From: a virus
Length of the DNA stretch: 64,000 bases
IMG/VR virus record: IMGVR_UViG_3300042301_002170
Strand: one strand, 5' to 3'
The stretch's first letter is position 1. Each line of letters begins with the position of its first letter. The notes under the pieces were generated by a model. It was given only the letters and a program-made list of their open reading frames with translations. It ran no database searches and had not been told where the DNA came from. The position numbers were made by a program, and so were the translations under genes. Positions 18,488 to 28,399 of the stretch are shown one piece after another.

Positions 18488-19834
18488 ATGAGTAATTTTA
18501 TTGATGGCTTAGTAGCCGCAGAAATCGAGCACGCGAATCAGACTCGCGATTTACAAATCAACGCACGAGCAAACGAAACAAGACGTGAGCATGGGGCAAC
18601 ATTTGAAAAGTATGTAGACACTTTATTAGTTAAAAGTGGTTTAGGATGTCAAAGAACACGTGTTAAGACATCGGATGGTGAGAAGATTAGTGACCATACG
18701 TTTAATAATGTTTGGATGGAATCCACTACATTTTTTGATAAGAAACGTGTAAACGAATTCATTCTCAAGAAAAGAGTAATTGAAGAAGCAACTGCTGATT
18801 TTACAAAATTCTTTTTGTTTTATGAGAGAAACATTACTAAATTAACAGAAGGTCTTGTAGAGAAGTTGGTAAATGCTGGATGGGTAGTGTTATGTGGTAA
18901 GAATAAAATTGAAACATTTATTAGTGCATATGGGAAGCATGCATCAAATGTTACAAATGATGTTATTCAGGTCGCGAAACCACAGTTAATTGATATAGAT
19001 TTATTAATTAAAAACCCATTTAATAGAGAACAAAATAGTAAGGGTGTAGAATCTATTGCAAAATCAATTATAAATGAAGGATTTTTAACTTGTTTATATG
19101 TTGTTCCACGAAAAGATAAAAATGGTAAGATAACAGGATATATGTTATTTGAAGGTCATCATAGATTAAGTGCAGCGATACAGGTGAGGTCTTGGGGGTT
19201 TTCATTAAATCAATTACCATGTGTAGTTGTTGATTGGTTATCTACCGATAATATGGAAAAATTATCAAGATTGTTAATTAAAATAAACGTAGAATACAGA
19301 AGTTGGAAATTGGGTGATTATATTAAACACCATTTTGATGTTGCAGAACTTTTAATCAAAGATAAGAACACTGCTTCAACTATTGTTAAAAAACAATACT
19401 CATATCAAACATTATTAAATTGGATGAAAATTGGTAAGCAATATGGATTTGGTGATAATGGGTTAATTTATATATTAGGACCTTTAACTGGTAGTGATAG
19501 GTGGTTAGACCAGGATTTGATTAGAGGTGGTGATTATATCGTAGAACAATCGGAAGTTGAAAATTATGCAACTCCATTTTTTGATGTAATGAAAAATTTT
19601 ATATCAAAGGCAAAACAAAATGCTGAATATAGAAAAGATGTATATCAATTATTCTGTTGTGAATTATATGAAAAGTTAAAAGATGGTACAGTATCGTTGG
19701 ATGAAATAAACAATTATTTTTTAGCATATAATATGTTGGATTCTACCGAAGTTCCTAATAAAAAATCCGATGTTAAAAACATATACCAAAAATTGGATGA
19801 TAATATTAAACATTTCAAAAACGGATTTAAATAA
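18488..19834 (+). CDS. Restriction-endonuclease-like domain fused to a ParB/Srx domain
   Basis: N-terminal FEKYV..ISDH..MEST (PD-(D/E)XK-like); central NPFNR..IAKSI..EG..MLFEGHHRLSA (ParB). Confidence 0.6.
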   Translation: MSNFIDGLVAAEIEHANQTRDLQINARANETRREHGATFEKYVDTLLVKSGLGCQRTRVKTSDGEKISDHTFNNVWMESTTFFDKKRVNEFILKKRVIEEATADFTKFFLFYERNITKLTEGLVEKLVNAGWVVLCGKNKIETFISAYGKHASNVTNDVIQVAKPQLIDIDLLIKNPFNREQNSKGVESIAKSIINEGFLTCLYVVPRKDKNGKITGYMLFEGHHRLSAAIQVRSWGFSLNQLPCVVVDWLSTDNMEKLSRLLIKINVEYRSWKLGDYIKHHFDVAELLIKDKNTASTIVKKQYSYQTLLNWMKIGKQYGFGDNGLIYILGPLTGSDRWLDQDLIRGGDYIVEQSEVENYATPFFDVMKNFISKAKQNAEYRKDVYQLFCCELYEKLKDGTVSLDEINNYFLAYNMLDSTEVPNKKSDVKNIYQKLDDNIKHFKNGFK

Positions 19835-19840
19835 CAATAA

Positions 19841-21070
19841 ATGTATATAAAATACTTTGATAAGTTTAAAAATATGACTCCATATCTTCACATCAATAGT
19901 GAAGAGTGGAGTTATATTAAAACAACATTTGATAGAGATGATGTAAAAGACTCTCTTGCACAGATATGTATGGAGTATGAACTTCCGTATGCAGAAATAT
20001 CAGAAACCGAAGCTAGAAAGGAATATCTTGCTCTCAAAGGAACTCGTTACAACGAACTACTTAAAGAGGGTGAGTGGTTTCCTCGTAAAGCATCGGAAAG
20101 TAAGTATCCTTTAACATTCAGAGGTAAACAACAATTCGTAAGAAGGTTGAATACTGGCAACTCTTCATCCAATTACTTCCAACAAGCAAATCGTTGGAGT
20201 GTAGATGGTACAGTTTCACCAGGACCTCATAGAACTTGGAATAGTAAGGATTTTATGACGAGTTTAATGGGTGGATTATACACTCTTAAATTTGATGAAG
20301 TGGGAAGGAACGAACTAAGAGTTTGTTTGAGTTTAAGAAAGTACATTTGCTCACAATTCAAACCTAATGTTGCCAAAGCACTCTACGATATGGTAGGTGC
20401 AAAGAATGTGTTAGACATTTCGGCAGGGTGGGGAGATAGATTATGTGGTTTTATGGCGAGTGAAAAAGGAGAGCATTACGTGGGAATTGACCCGAGAAAA
20501 GAAAATCATCCAATTTATGAACAACAAGCAGAATTCTACAAAAAACACAACGGTTTTTTCGAAACGGATAAAAAAACTACATTCCATTGCTCACCAGCGG
20601 AAGACATGGATTATAGTGATTACACCGATTATTTTGATATTGTTTTCAGCTCACCCCCGTATTTCAATGTTGAACGATATTCTTACGATGATACCCAGAG
20701 TTGGGTTAGATACAACAACATTGATGCGTGGAATAAGTTATTCCTACACAAGACAATTGAAAAGGTTTGGCCAACTATTCGGAAGGGAGGATACCTAGCA
20801 ATCAATATCGCAGATGTGTACGCAGCATCTAAAGGAGATGGTAAAGGATACCAAGAGATTACAAACCCTATGAACGATTATATTAAATCAATAGGAGGAG
20901 AATATGAAGGTTGCTTGGGCATGGAAATGGCCAAGAGACCGGGCAGCGCGGGAGCAGGTGCAATTATAGACGGTGATGAAGGTAGATATACCGAAGAATC
21001 ATTAAGAAAAGCAGAAGAGGTTAAAAATAAAACATTCTGTGAGCCAGTTTGGGTATGGAAAAAACCATAA
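19841..21070 (+). CDS. Amino-methyltransferase-fold protein (N4C/N6A type), paralogue 1
   Basis: Motif I VLDISAGWGDRL; motif IV FSSPPYFNVERYS. Confidence 0.8.
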   Translation: MYIKYFDKFKNMTPYLHINSEEWSYIKTTFDRDDVKDSLAQICMEYELPYAEISETEARKEYLALKGTRYNELLKEGEWFPRKASESKYPLTFRGKQQFVRRLNTGNSSSNYFQQANRWSVDGTVSPGPHRTWNSKDFMTSLMGGLYTLKFDEVGRNELRVCLSLRKYICSQFKPNVAKALYDMVGAKNVLDISAGWGDRLCGFMASEKGEHYVGIDPRKENHPIYEQQAEFYKKHNGFFETDKKTTFHCSPAEDMDYSDYTDYFDIVFSSPPYFNVERYSYDDTQSWVRYNNIDAWNKLFLHKTIEKVWPTIRKGGYLAINIADVYAASKGDGKGYQEITNPMNDYIKSIGGEYEGCLGMEMAKRPGSAGAGAIIDGDEGRYTEESLRKAEEVKNKTFCEPVWVWKKP

Positions 21071-21073
21071 ACA

Positions 21074-21105
21074 TTTGGAAATATCAAAAAATTATAGTAT
21101 CTTTG
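21074..21105 (+). promoter_or_regulatory. Bacteroidota sigma70-type promoter
   Basis: TTTG 21074-21077, 20-nt spacer, TATCTTTG 21098-21105. Confidence 0.75.
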
Positions 21106-21134
21106 TAAAACAAATAAATTAAAATAAAGTAAGT

Positions 21135-21854
21135 ATGAACAAAACAAGAATTACACGATTCATCCAAAAGTATAATTTGGCAGGATTAGTAGAATCAGTT
21201 GCATGGAAAGCAGCAGATGGCAAATTGGTTACCCGTTTTATCTCTGATGATAAAACAGTATTAGGTGAAATCCAATTAGATAATTTTACATTTAATGCAC
21301 CGGAGTTGGGAGTATATACAACATCCACATTAAATAAATTATTATCAGTAGTTGGAGAAGATGTTGAATTAGAAGTTCAGGAGCAAAACGGAAATGCAGT
21401 TAATTTATTCATTAAGAGCGAAGGAACAAAAGCACAATTCCAATTAGCAGATTTGGCAGTTATTCCAACTGTACCTGATTTGAAATCATTACCTGACTTT
21501 GATGTTAAGATTGAATTCGATGGTAAGTTTATTGACAAATTTATCAAAGGTAAAAATGCATTATCTGATGTAGATACTTTTACAGTATTAAGTGAGGGTG
21601 GTGAATTAAAAATTGTATTGGGTTATTCAAATGTAAATTCAAACCGAATTGCATTCTCTGCTGAAAAGGATTATACAGGAACTGTTAAACCTATTTCATT
21701 CTCTGCAAAGTATCTTAAAGAAATCTTCTCAGCAAACAAAGAAGCAAACGCAGTTACATTAAATGTATCAACATCTGGTCTTGCTCACGTTGAGTTTAAG
21801 ATTGATGACTTTACTGCAAAATATTATTTAGTAGAAGTTCAACTAACTACCTAG
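21135..21854 (+). CDS. gp45: Sliding clamp (gp45/PCNA-like)
   Basis: 239 aa with a two-domain clamp-like pattern; lies in the PolB/clamp-loader operon. Confidence 0.75.
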   Translation: MNKTRITRFIQKYNLAGLVESVAWKAADGKLVTRFISDDKTVLGEIQLDNFTFNAPELGVYTTSTLNKLLSVVGEDVELEVQEQNGNAVNLFIKSEGTKAQFQLADLAVIPTVPDLKSLPDFDVKIEFDGKFIDKFIKGKNALSDVDTFTVLSEGGELKIVLGYSNVNSNRIAFSAEKDYTGTVKPISFSAKYLKEIFSANKEANAVTLNVSTSGLAHVEFKIDDFTAKYYLVEVQLTT

Positions 21855-21855
21855 A

Positions 21856-23427
21856 ATGGCATTCAATTACGAAAAGAAGTATTTTTACGAAAGAAACGAT
21901 TGGATTTACTCTCCAGAAATAAATCTTAAATACGAAGATGTATTGAAGATGCCTTTTCCAGAGTTTGGTAAATGGGTTGATTTCTTTCGTAAGACTGCCA
22001 TTGAGCAGTGGAACAGAACGGATGCACCACCGAGAATTGGTATGGACGAAGCTGAAATTATTGAAAACTTTTCTAAACTACAAACATACAAAGTTAATGA
22101 GTTTAGTAAGGTAGACAAAGATGGTGATGAAGTTATTTTTAACTTTAACAAATTTGCCACTTGTGTAAATCAATTCTTTCCTGCAATGTACAAAACAGGT
22201 ATTGGTGGTTCTGCGTATGATAATCCAAAACCATCTATCTATGATATTTTTGTAGAAGATGAGTATTTACCAAACTTCATCAAACAGATGAATCGTCTAA
22301 CTCGTCAAGATGGTATGTATCGTTTTTCTAAAACTTTACACTTAAACCATCCTGATTTTCATAACTCACATATCCAAACTGGTAAAGAATGGATTGAGAA
22401 ATGGGCAGAGGGTGATACTCAAAAAGGATTTGGGTTTTGTTTATCTCAGGCAGATAGTAAAGTTCCATCTCCACCAATTACCGCACAAGAAGTAAGAGAT
22501 TTGTATAACGCGGGTATATTGAAGTATGAGAATATTTCATCACTTAAAACTGCGGATTGGGGTGAGAATATTGATAATCTAATTGATATTCCAAAACAAC
22601 CTATACAGATTAAAACATATCCTTTTGGTCAAACTATCTTTCCAGAAGCAACTGCGGCATTCCGTATTGGTATGGGAACACAGGCAGTAGTTAATTTTCC
22701 ACCATTAACTGCAAAGTATCTTTATCAAAGATTTACAGAGCACATTAAGGAACAAAAGAAGATTAACATTTATGACCCATCAGCAGGTTGGGGTGGTAGA
22801 ATTTTAGGAGCATTATCGGTAGATGATAGAAACATTCACTACATAGGTAATGACCCTAATACTGAAAACCAAATACCGGAAATTGGTAAGACAAGATATG
22901 AGTATTTAGCAGAATTCTTTAACAATAAGATTCCAGGTGCAAGTAATCCTTTTTGGGGACACCAAAACACTTACGAAATCTTTACAACTGGTTCTGAAAT
23001 TATTCATTTAGATTCTAACTTTCAAAAGTATAAAGGAGAATTAGATTTTGTATTTACATCTCCACCATACTTTGATAGAGAAAGATATTCAAACGATGAA
23101 ACTCAATCATTTAAGAAGTTCAGTAACTACGATAGTTGGAGAGATGGATTTTTAAGACCTACTTTAACAACTGCATTTGAATATCTTCGTAATGATAGAT
23201 ACATCCTTTGGAACATTGCGGATATTAAAATGGGTAAGGATAAGTTTTTCCCATTAGAGCAAGATTCAATTGATATTCTTACGGAGTTGGGTTGTGAGTA
23301 CAAAGGTAAGATTAAGATGACAATGAGTCCTATGACCGGTGTTGATTTGAGTGGAGTGAAAAATAGTATGAAAATAGGTGATATGGTTTACAAATACGAA
23401 CCAATCTTCATTTTCTACAAACCTTAA
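21856..23427 (+). CDS. Amino-methyltransferase-fold protein, paralogue 2
   Basis: Motif I IYDPSAGWGGRILG; motif IV FTSPPYFDRERYS; C-terminal YEPIFIFYKP. Confidence 0.8.
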   Translation: MAFNYEKKYFYERNDWIYSPEINLKYEDVLKMPFPEFGKWVDFFRKTAIEQWNRTDAPPRIGMDEAEIIENFSKLQTYKVNEFSKVDKDGDEVIFNFNKFATCVNQFFPAMYKTGIGGSAYDNPKPSIYDIFVEDEYLPNFIKQMNRLTRQDGMYRFSKTLHLNHPDFHNSHIQTGKEWIEKWAEGDTQKGFGFCLSQADSKVPSPPITAQEVRDLYNAGILKYENISSLKTADWGENIDNLIDIPKQPIQIKTYPFGQTIFPEATAAFRIGMGTQAVVNFPPLTAKYLYQRFTEHIKEQKKINIYDPSAGWGGRILGALSVDDRNIHYIGNDPNTENQIPEIGKTRYEYLAEFFNNKIPGASNPFWGHQNTYEIFTTGSEIIHLDSNFQKYKGELDFVFTSPPYFDRERYSNDETQSFKKFSNYDSWRDGFLRPTLTTAFEYLRNDRYILWNIADIKMGKDKFFPLEQDSIDILTELGCEYKGKIKMTMSPMTGVDLSGVKNSMKIGDMVYKYEPIFIFYKP

Positions 23428-23436
23428 AATTAAAGT

Positions 23437-25995
23437 ATGTATCAAAATATTTATTACGAAAGACAAAAGAATTTAATTCACTTATGGGATGATACCAATG
23501 GGTATCAGACATTTCCATACAGAAAGTATGCATATGTTAAAGACCAACATGGTGAACATCGTTCTATGTATGGTGATAAATTACGGAAGATTTCTAAATG
23601 GGAAAAAGATGAATCACCTGATTTATTTGAATCCGATGTACCAGAAACAACCAGAGTATTAGTTGATATATATGATTCTGATATTCCATCAAAAGGAAAC
23701 AGAACAATGACCTTTGATATTGAGGTTGAAATGATTAGTGGTTTGCCAAATACCTTTGATGCAAAAAACGAAATCACTGCAATTGCTTCGCACGATAGTG
23801 TAACCAAATTGTATGATGTGTTTGTGTTGGATAAGGCAAGAAAGGTAAAAAACACTGCTCAACAATTCAATAAAGATGGTCGTAGTGTGAGTGTACACAT
23901 CTTTGATAATGAGAAGAATTTGCTATTAGCATTTTTAACTTATTATCAAGGTGTGAATCCTACTATTCTAACAGGTTGGAATATTGACTTCTTTGATATT
24001 CCTTATTTATACAATCGTATTAAGAGAGTATGTGGTGAAGGACATGCAAAGAGATTATCACCCATTTCAGAAACATTCTATTCTCCTTACAGACAAAGAT
24101 GGAGTTTTGGTGGTGTATCCATTTTAGATTACATCAACCTCTACAAAAACTACAACTATGGTTTAGAAAGTTCATATACATTAGACCACATAGCAAAGAA
24201 AGAGTTGGGCAGAGGTAAGATTGAATATGAAGGAAGTTTGGATGATTTATTCGAAAACGATTTAGAAAAGTTTATTGAATATAACATTGTCGATGTAGAC
24301 TTGGTAGTATCAATGGATGAGAAACTTCAATTCATTGAGTTATGTAGAGCAATCTGCCACGCGGGATTTGTTCCGTATGAAGATTATATGTTCTCATCAA
24401 AGTATTTGGAAGGCGCGTGTTTAGCGTATCTGAAAAAGAAAGGTTTAGTAGCACCAAATAAACCAAAGGATAGGAAAGAGAAGATGCAGGCACTTCGTGA
24501 TAATAACGAAGAGAAGTTTATCGGAGCTTATGTAAAAGAACCCATTGTTGGTAAGTATGATTGGATTTATGACTTGGACTTAACATCCCTATATCCATCA
24601 ATCATTATGACCCTAAATATTTCACCCGAAACAAAGATTGGTAAGATTTCTAATTGGGAACCTGAAGAATGGGTAAGAGGTATAAATAAGAATTATACAA
24701 TTGTTGGAAAAGATGATACTTATGAATATAGTAGTTCAGAACTCCAAGATGTTATAAAAGATAGCAACTTAGGAGTTGCAGCAAACGGAGTTTTGTACAA
24801 TCAGGACAAACCTGGACTTATTGCTGATATTCTGGATACTTGGTTTAAACAACGAGTTGAATTCAGAAAATTAGAAAAACAATATGGTGAAGCGGGTGAT
24901 ACGGAAAAATATGAGTTTTATGCGAAACGCCAGCTTGTCCAAAAGATTCTTCTTAACTCTATGTATGGTGTTCTTGGTCTTCCTGCCTTTCGGTTTTACG
25001 ATATTGATAATGCAGAGGCAGTTACGATTACGGGGCAAACTGTTATTAAGAAAACGGCAGAGATGGCAAACATCAAATATTGGAAAGAGTTAGGTACAAA
25101 AGAAGATTACAATGTCTACATAGATACCGATTCAATCTATATGATGGCAGAACCTTTGGTTAAACATCGTTATCCAGATTACAAAACATTTGATGAACAA
25201 AGAATGGCAGATGAAGTTAATACTATTGCAGAAGAAACCCAAACATTCTTAAACAACTTTTACGATTTATTATCAGAAAGATTCTTCGGAATACCAAAAG
25301 ATAAACATAGATTTGAAATCAAAAAAGAATACATCTCCAAAGCAGGATTTTGGGTAGCAAAGAAACGTTACGCACAATGGATGGTATTGAAAAATGGTAT
25401 CAAATGTGATAAGTTGGACGTAAAAGGTTTAGATGTAGTTCGTTCATCATTCCCCAAAGCATTTCAAGGATTCATGTCAACAATGTTAAAAGACATTTTG
25501 ATGGGTAAAGATAATGATTATATAGATAAAACCCTAATTGAATTTAAGAATAGTTTACCAACACTTCCTGTTAAAACTATTGCAAAGGGTGGGGCAATTA
25601 AAGAGTTGAGTAAGTATGATGATGGTAAGTGGAGAAAAGATAGTGGGTTACAGATTGCAGTGTTTGAGAAAGGAACACCTGCACACGTTAAAGCAGGAAT
25701 TGCATACAACCGATTATTGAAATTCTTCAATTCACCGTTTAAGCATGAACCAATTAGAGATGGTGATAAAGTTAAGTGGGTGTATTTAAGACAAAATCCA
25801 TTAGGATTGGATACGGTTGCTTTTAAAGATTACAATGACCCTAAAGAAATTATGGATTTCATTGAACAGTACATAGATAGAGACATGATTTATAAAGCAG
25901 AGTTAGAAAACAAATTAGATGATTTTTACAACGCACTAAAATGGAACAAAGCATCTAACGAAGTTCAAACTGCAAAAAAATTCTTTGATTTCTAA
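23437..25995 (+). CDS. gp43: Family B DNA polymerase
   Basis: Exo motifs FDIEV and GWNIDFFDIPY; DLTSLYPS, KILLNSMYG, YIDTDS. Confidence 0.97.
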   Translation: MYQNIYYERQKNLIHLWDDTNGYQTFPYRKYAYVKDQHGEHRSMYGDKLRKISKWEKDESPDLFESDVPETTRVLVDIYDSDIPSKGNRTMTFDIEVEMISGLPNTFDAKNEITAIASHDSVTKLYDVFVLDKARKVKNTAQQFNKDGRSVSVHIFDNEKNLLLAFLTYYQGVNPTILTGWNIDFFDIPYLYNRIKRVCGEGHAKRLSPISETFYSPYRQRWSFGGVSILDYINLYKNYNYGLESSYTLDHIAKKELGRGKIEYEGSLDDLFENDLEKFIEYNIVDVDLVVSMDEKLQFIELCRAICHAGFVPYEDYMFSSKYLEGACLAYLKKKGLVAPNKPKDRKEKMQALRDNNEEKFIGAYVKEPIVGKYDWIYDLDLTSLYPSIIMTLNISPETKIGKISNWEPEEWVRGINKNYTIVGKDDTYEYSSSELQDVIKDSNLGVAANGVLYNQDKPGLIADILDTWFKQRVEFRKLEKQYGEAGDTEKYEFYAKRQLVQKILLNSMYGVLGLPAFRFYDIDNAEAVTITGQTVIKKTAEMANIKYWKELGTKEDYNVYIDTDSIYMMAEPLVKHRYPDYKTFDEQRMADEVNTIAEETQTFLNNFYDLLSERFFGIPKDKHRFEIKKEYISKAGFWVAKKRYAQWMVLKNGIKCDKLDVKGLDVVRSSFPKAFQGFMSTMLKDILMGKDNDYIDKTLIEFKNSLPTLPVKTIAKGGAIKELSKYDDGKWRKDSGLQIAVFEKGTPAHVKAGIAYNRLLKFFNSPFKHEPIRDGDKVKWVYLRQNPLGLDTVAFKDYNDPKEIMDFIEQYIDRDMIYKAELENKLDDFYNALKWNKASNEVQTAKKFFDF

Positions 25996-26014
25996 AATAT
26001 TTTTCGTATATTTG
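25984..26014 (+). promoter_or_regulatory. Bacteroidota sigma70-type promoter
   Basis: TTTG 25984-25987, 19-nt spacer, TATATTTG 26007-26014. Confidence 0.7.
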
Positions 26015-26036
26015 TAAACAATTAAATAAAAATAAA

Positions 26037-26369
26037 ATGGCAGAACAATTAGATTTATTTCCACAAGAGGAATTACAACAACAAGACGCGGGTAGTGTTC
26101 AATCACCTGAATTAACCCCAATAGCAGATGCAGAGTGGTGTTTTCAATTTTTTAACAACGAACCAATAACATTTGCATGGTCAAATGAGGGAGAAGAAGC
26201 TGCACCATTGGTTTTACAAATTCAACCACAAGAAGGTGAAGGGTTAAATTTTCAACAAAACGGAATGACTTTTAGAATTTTCCCAAGACCAATTACAGAA
26301 GAAACTAAACAAGCAAGAAAAGAACAAAATGAAAGTAAAAATCAAACTACTGAACAATCAGGCAACTAA
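26037..26369 (+). CDS. Small acidic protein with an N-terminal QLDLF motif
   Basis: Begins MAEQLDLFPQ. Confidence 0.7.
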   Translation: MAEQLDLFPQEELQQQDAGSVQSPELTPIADAEWCFQFFNNEPITFAWSNEGEEAAPLVLQIQPQEGEGLNFQQNGMTFRIFPRPITEETKQARKEQNESKNQTTEQSGN

Positions 26370-26754
26370 ACCAAAGTACGCAAAAGAAAGTGATGCAGGA
26401 TTAGATTTGGTGGCAACATCAATTATATCAAACACAACATTTCAGGTAACATATGGTTTGGGTATTGCAATGGAAATACCAGAAGGTATGGTTGGTTTAG
26501 TATTTCCCCGTTCTTCAATAAGAAACACAGAATTGATACTAAGTAATTCAGTTGGTGTAATTGATGCAGGTTATAGGGGTGAATTACAAGCAACATTTAT
26601 CAAATTAAATGGTTTAGATTCAGTTGCATATAATGTTGGTGATAGAGTTTGTCAAATCATTATAGTTCCTCATCCTGTAGTACAATTACAGGTAGTAGAT
26701 GAGTTAAGTGAAAGTGCAAGAGGTATAGGTGGGTTTGGTTCAACAGGTAAATAA
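26329..26754 (+). CDS. dut: Trimeric dUTPase
   Basis: AGLDL, PRSS, GVIDAGYRGE, RGIGGFGSTG. Confidence 0.95.
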   Translation: MKVKIKLLNNQATKPKYAKESDAGLDLVATSIISNTTFQVTYGLGIAMEIPEGMVGLVFPRSSIRNTELILSNSVGVIDAGYRGELQATFIKLNGLDSVAYNVGDRVCQIIIVPHPVVQLQVVDELSESARGIGGFGSTGK

Positions 26755-26760
26755 AAAAAG

Positions 26761-27708
26761 ATGAGTTTTTTCGCAAACGAAAATAGTAAAAGAGAGCATA
26801 GTTTATGGGTGGAGAAATACCGCCCACAAACTCTTGCCGAATATGTTGGTAATGAAACCGTAAAGGAAACGATTCAACAATATTTGGATAATAATGATAT
26901 TCCACATTTGTTATTACATGGTAAAGCGGGTACGGGTAAGACCACACTTGCAAAACTAATTGTAAATACTATTAAATGTGATAGTATGATTATCAACGCA
27001 TCGGATGAGAACAACGTAGATACAGTTCGGAATAAGGTGAAGAACTTTGCATCCTCTATGGGATTTGCAGGATTTAAGATTATCATTTTGGATGAGTTTG
27101 ATTATATGACTCCAAACGCACAAGCAATTTTGCGTAACTTAATGGAAACGTTTTCTAAACATTGTAGATTTATCTTAACGTGTAATTACCACGAAAAGAT
27201 TATTGACCCAATAAAAAGTAGATGTCAAACATTTGCAATCACACCTCCAACTAAAAAGGATGTTGCAATTCAGGTTACTAGAATTTTGGATGCGGAAAAG
27301 ATTAAATACGATTTAAAAAATGTTGCTGATATAATCAGTTCATATTACCCAGATATTCGTAGAATCTTAAATACTTGCCAATTACAATCTGCAAAAGGAG
27401 AGTTGAAAGTAGACCATCAAATTATGGTGGAATCTAACTTCCAAACTAAATTGGTAGATTTGTTAAAAGCAAATGATGACAAGAGAAATATGTTTATGAA
27501 TATCAGACAAGCAGTTGCTGATAATAGATTAAACGATTATTCAGAAATGTATTCTATGTTATACGATAAGGTAGATGAATACGCAGCAGGTAATACGGCA
27601 AATGTAATTTTAACTATTGCAGAAGGTATATCCAAAGATGCATTAGTAGTAGATAAGGAAATCGTATTTATGAGTACAATTATTCAAATTTTAAACATTA
27701 TAAAGTAA
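26761..27708 (+). CDS. gp44: Clamp loader AAA+ subunit (RFC small / gp44)
   Basis: LWVEKYRP, HLLLHGKAGTGKT, ILDEFD, SRC. Confidence 0.93.
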   Translation: MSFFANENSKREHSLWVEKYRPQTLAEYVGNETVKETIQQYLDNNDIPHLLLHGKAGTGKTTLAKLIVNTIKCDSMIINASDENNVDTVRNKVKNFASSMGFAGFKIIILDEFDYMTPNAQAILRNLMETFSKHCRFILTCNYHEKIIDPIKSRCQTFAITPPTKKDVAIQVTRILDAEKIKYDLKNVADIISSYYPDIRRILNTCQLQSAKGELKVDHQIMVESNFQTKLVDLLKANDDKRNMFMNIRQAVADNRLNDYSEMYSMLYDKVDEYAAGNTANVILTIAEGISKDALVVDKEIVFMSTIIQILNIIK

Positions 27709-27947
27709 TGGAACAAGGATTACCAATGGGCATCAATATAAGTGATGCAAGAGATATGGATTGTGAATGTGGCAACAAAGTATTTATGCCAGGATTTAGA
27801 TTCAAAAAATTATCAAGATTAGTAACAGGCCAAGCACAAGATTCAATCATTCCAATTGAGATGTATCTTTGTACTCAATGTGGTAAAGCATTGCAAGAGT
27901 TATTACCTTTGGAATTAAGAGATAAACCATCATCAATAGTAGAATAA
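27708..27947 (+). CDS. Small zinc-ribbon protein
   Basis: CECG and CTQCG pairs. Confidence 0.65.
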   Translation: MEQGLPMGINISDARDMDCECGNKVFMPGFRFKKLSRLVTGQAQDSIIPIEMYLCTQCGKALQELLPLELRDKPSSIVE

Positions 27948-28399
27948 TGGCAGGGAAAAAGTTATTTGACCACATTGCTGCAATTACAACGGAACAAGAC
28001 CCAAACTACTTTGATAAATTATCAGAGGAAGATATTAAGACATGGAGTAACTTTATGATTAATAGATTTCTTTCGATGAAACCTGAGTGGGTAGAACTCA
28101 TTGCAACTTTATTACCTTTGACACAAACATTAGAACCAAAGGAAATGTATAAGTTATATATCAGTCTTATTCCTAAAGGAAAGTATTACCTAAAATATAT
28201 TAAAGGAAAAGCAGGAGAAAAATATGAAGAATGGCTTGTTAATCTCATAAAAAATGATTATATTTGTTCTGAGCATCAAGCTATTGATTACATAGAAATT
28301 CTATATTCTTCGAGAGAAGGTAGAGAAAACATTAAGTTCATCTGTGAAAAATATGGTATTGATTCAAAACAAATTACCAAACTTAAACTTAAAATATAG
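27947..28399 (+). CDS. gp62: Clamp loader small subunit (gp62-like)
   Basis: NFMINRFLSM..IPKGKYYLKYIK..EHQAIDYIEIL; next to gp44. Confidence 0.7.
   Translation: MAGKKLFDHIAAITTEQDPNYFDKLSEEDIKTWSNFMINRFLSMKPEWVELIATLLPLTQTLEPKEMYKLYISLIPKGKYYLKYIKGKAGEKYEEWLVNLIKNDYICSEHQAIDYIEILYSSREGRENIKFICEKYGIDSKQITKLKLKI

Noticed and set aside
19841-23427. Dam methylase explaining the GATC pattern
   Set aside because: These are SPPY proteins unlike the DPPY Dam family, and GATC is avoided rather than retained
8593-25995. Inteins or group I introns in recA, helicase, nrdA/nrdB or polB
   Set aside because: Lengths and motif spacing are normal; no splice motifs or insertions seen
16581-26754. Canonical hydroxymethyluracil-based thymidine hypermodification pathway
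   Set aside because: No dUMP hydroxymethylase, hmU-DNA kinase or amino-acid:DNA transferase is recognisable in this window; they could lie outside it
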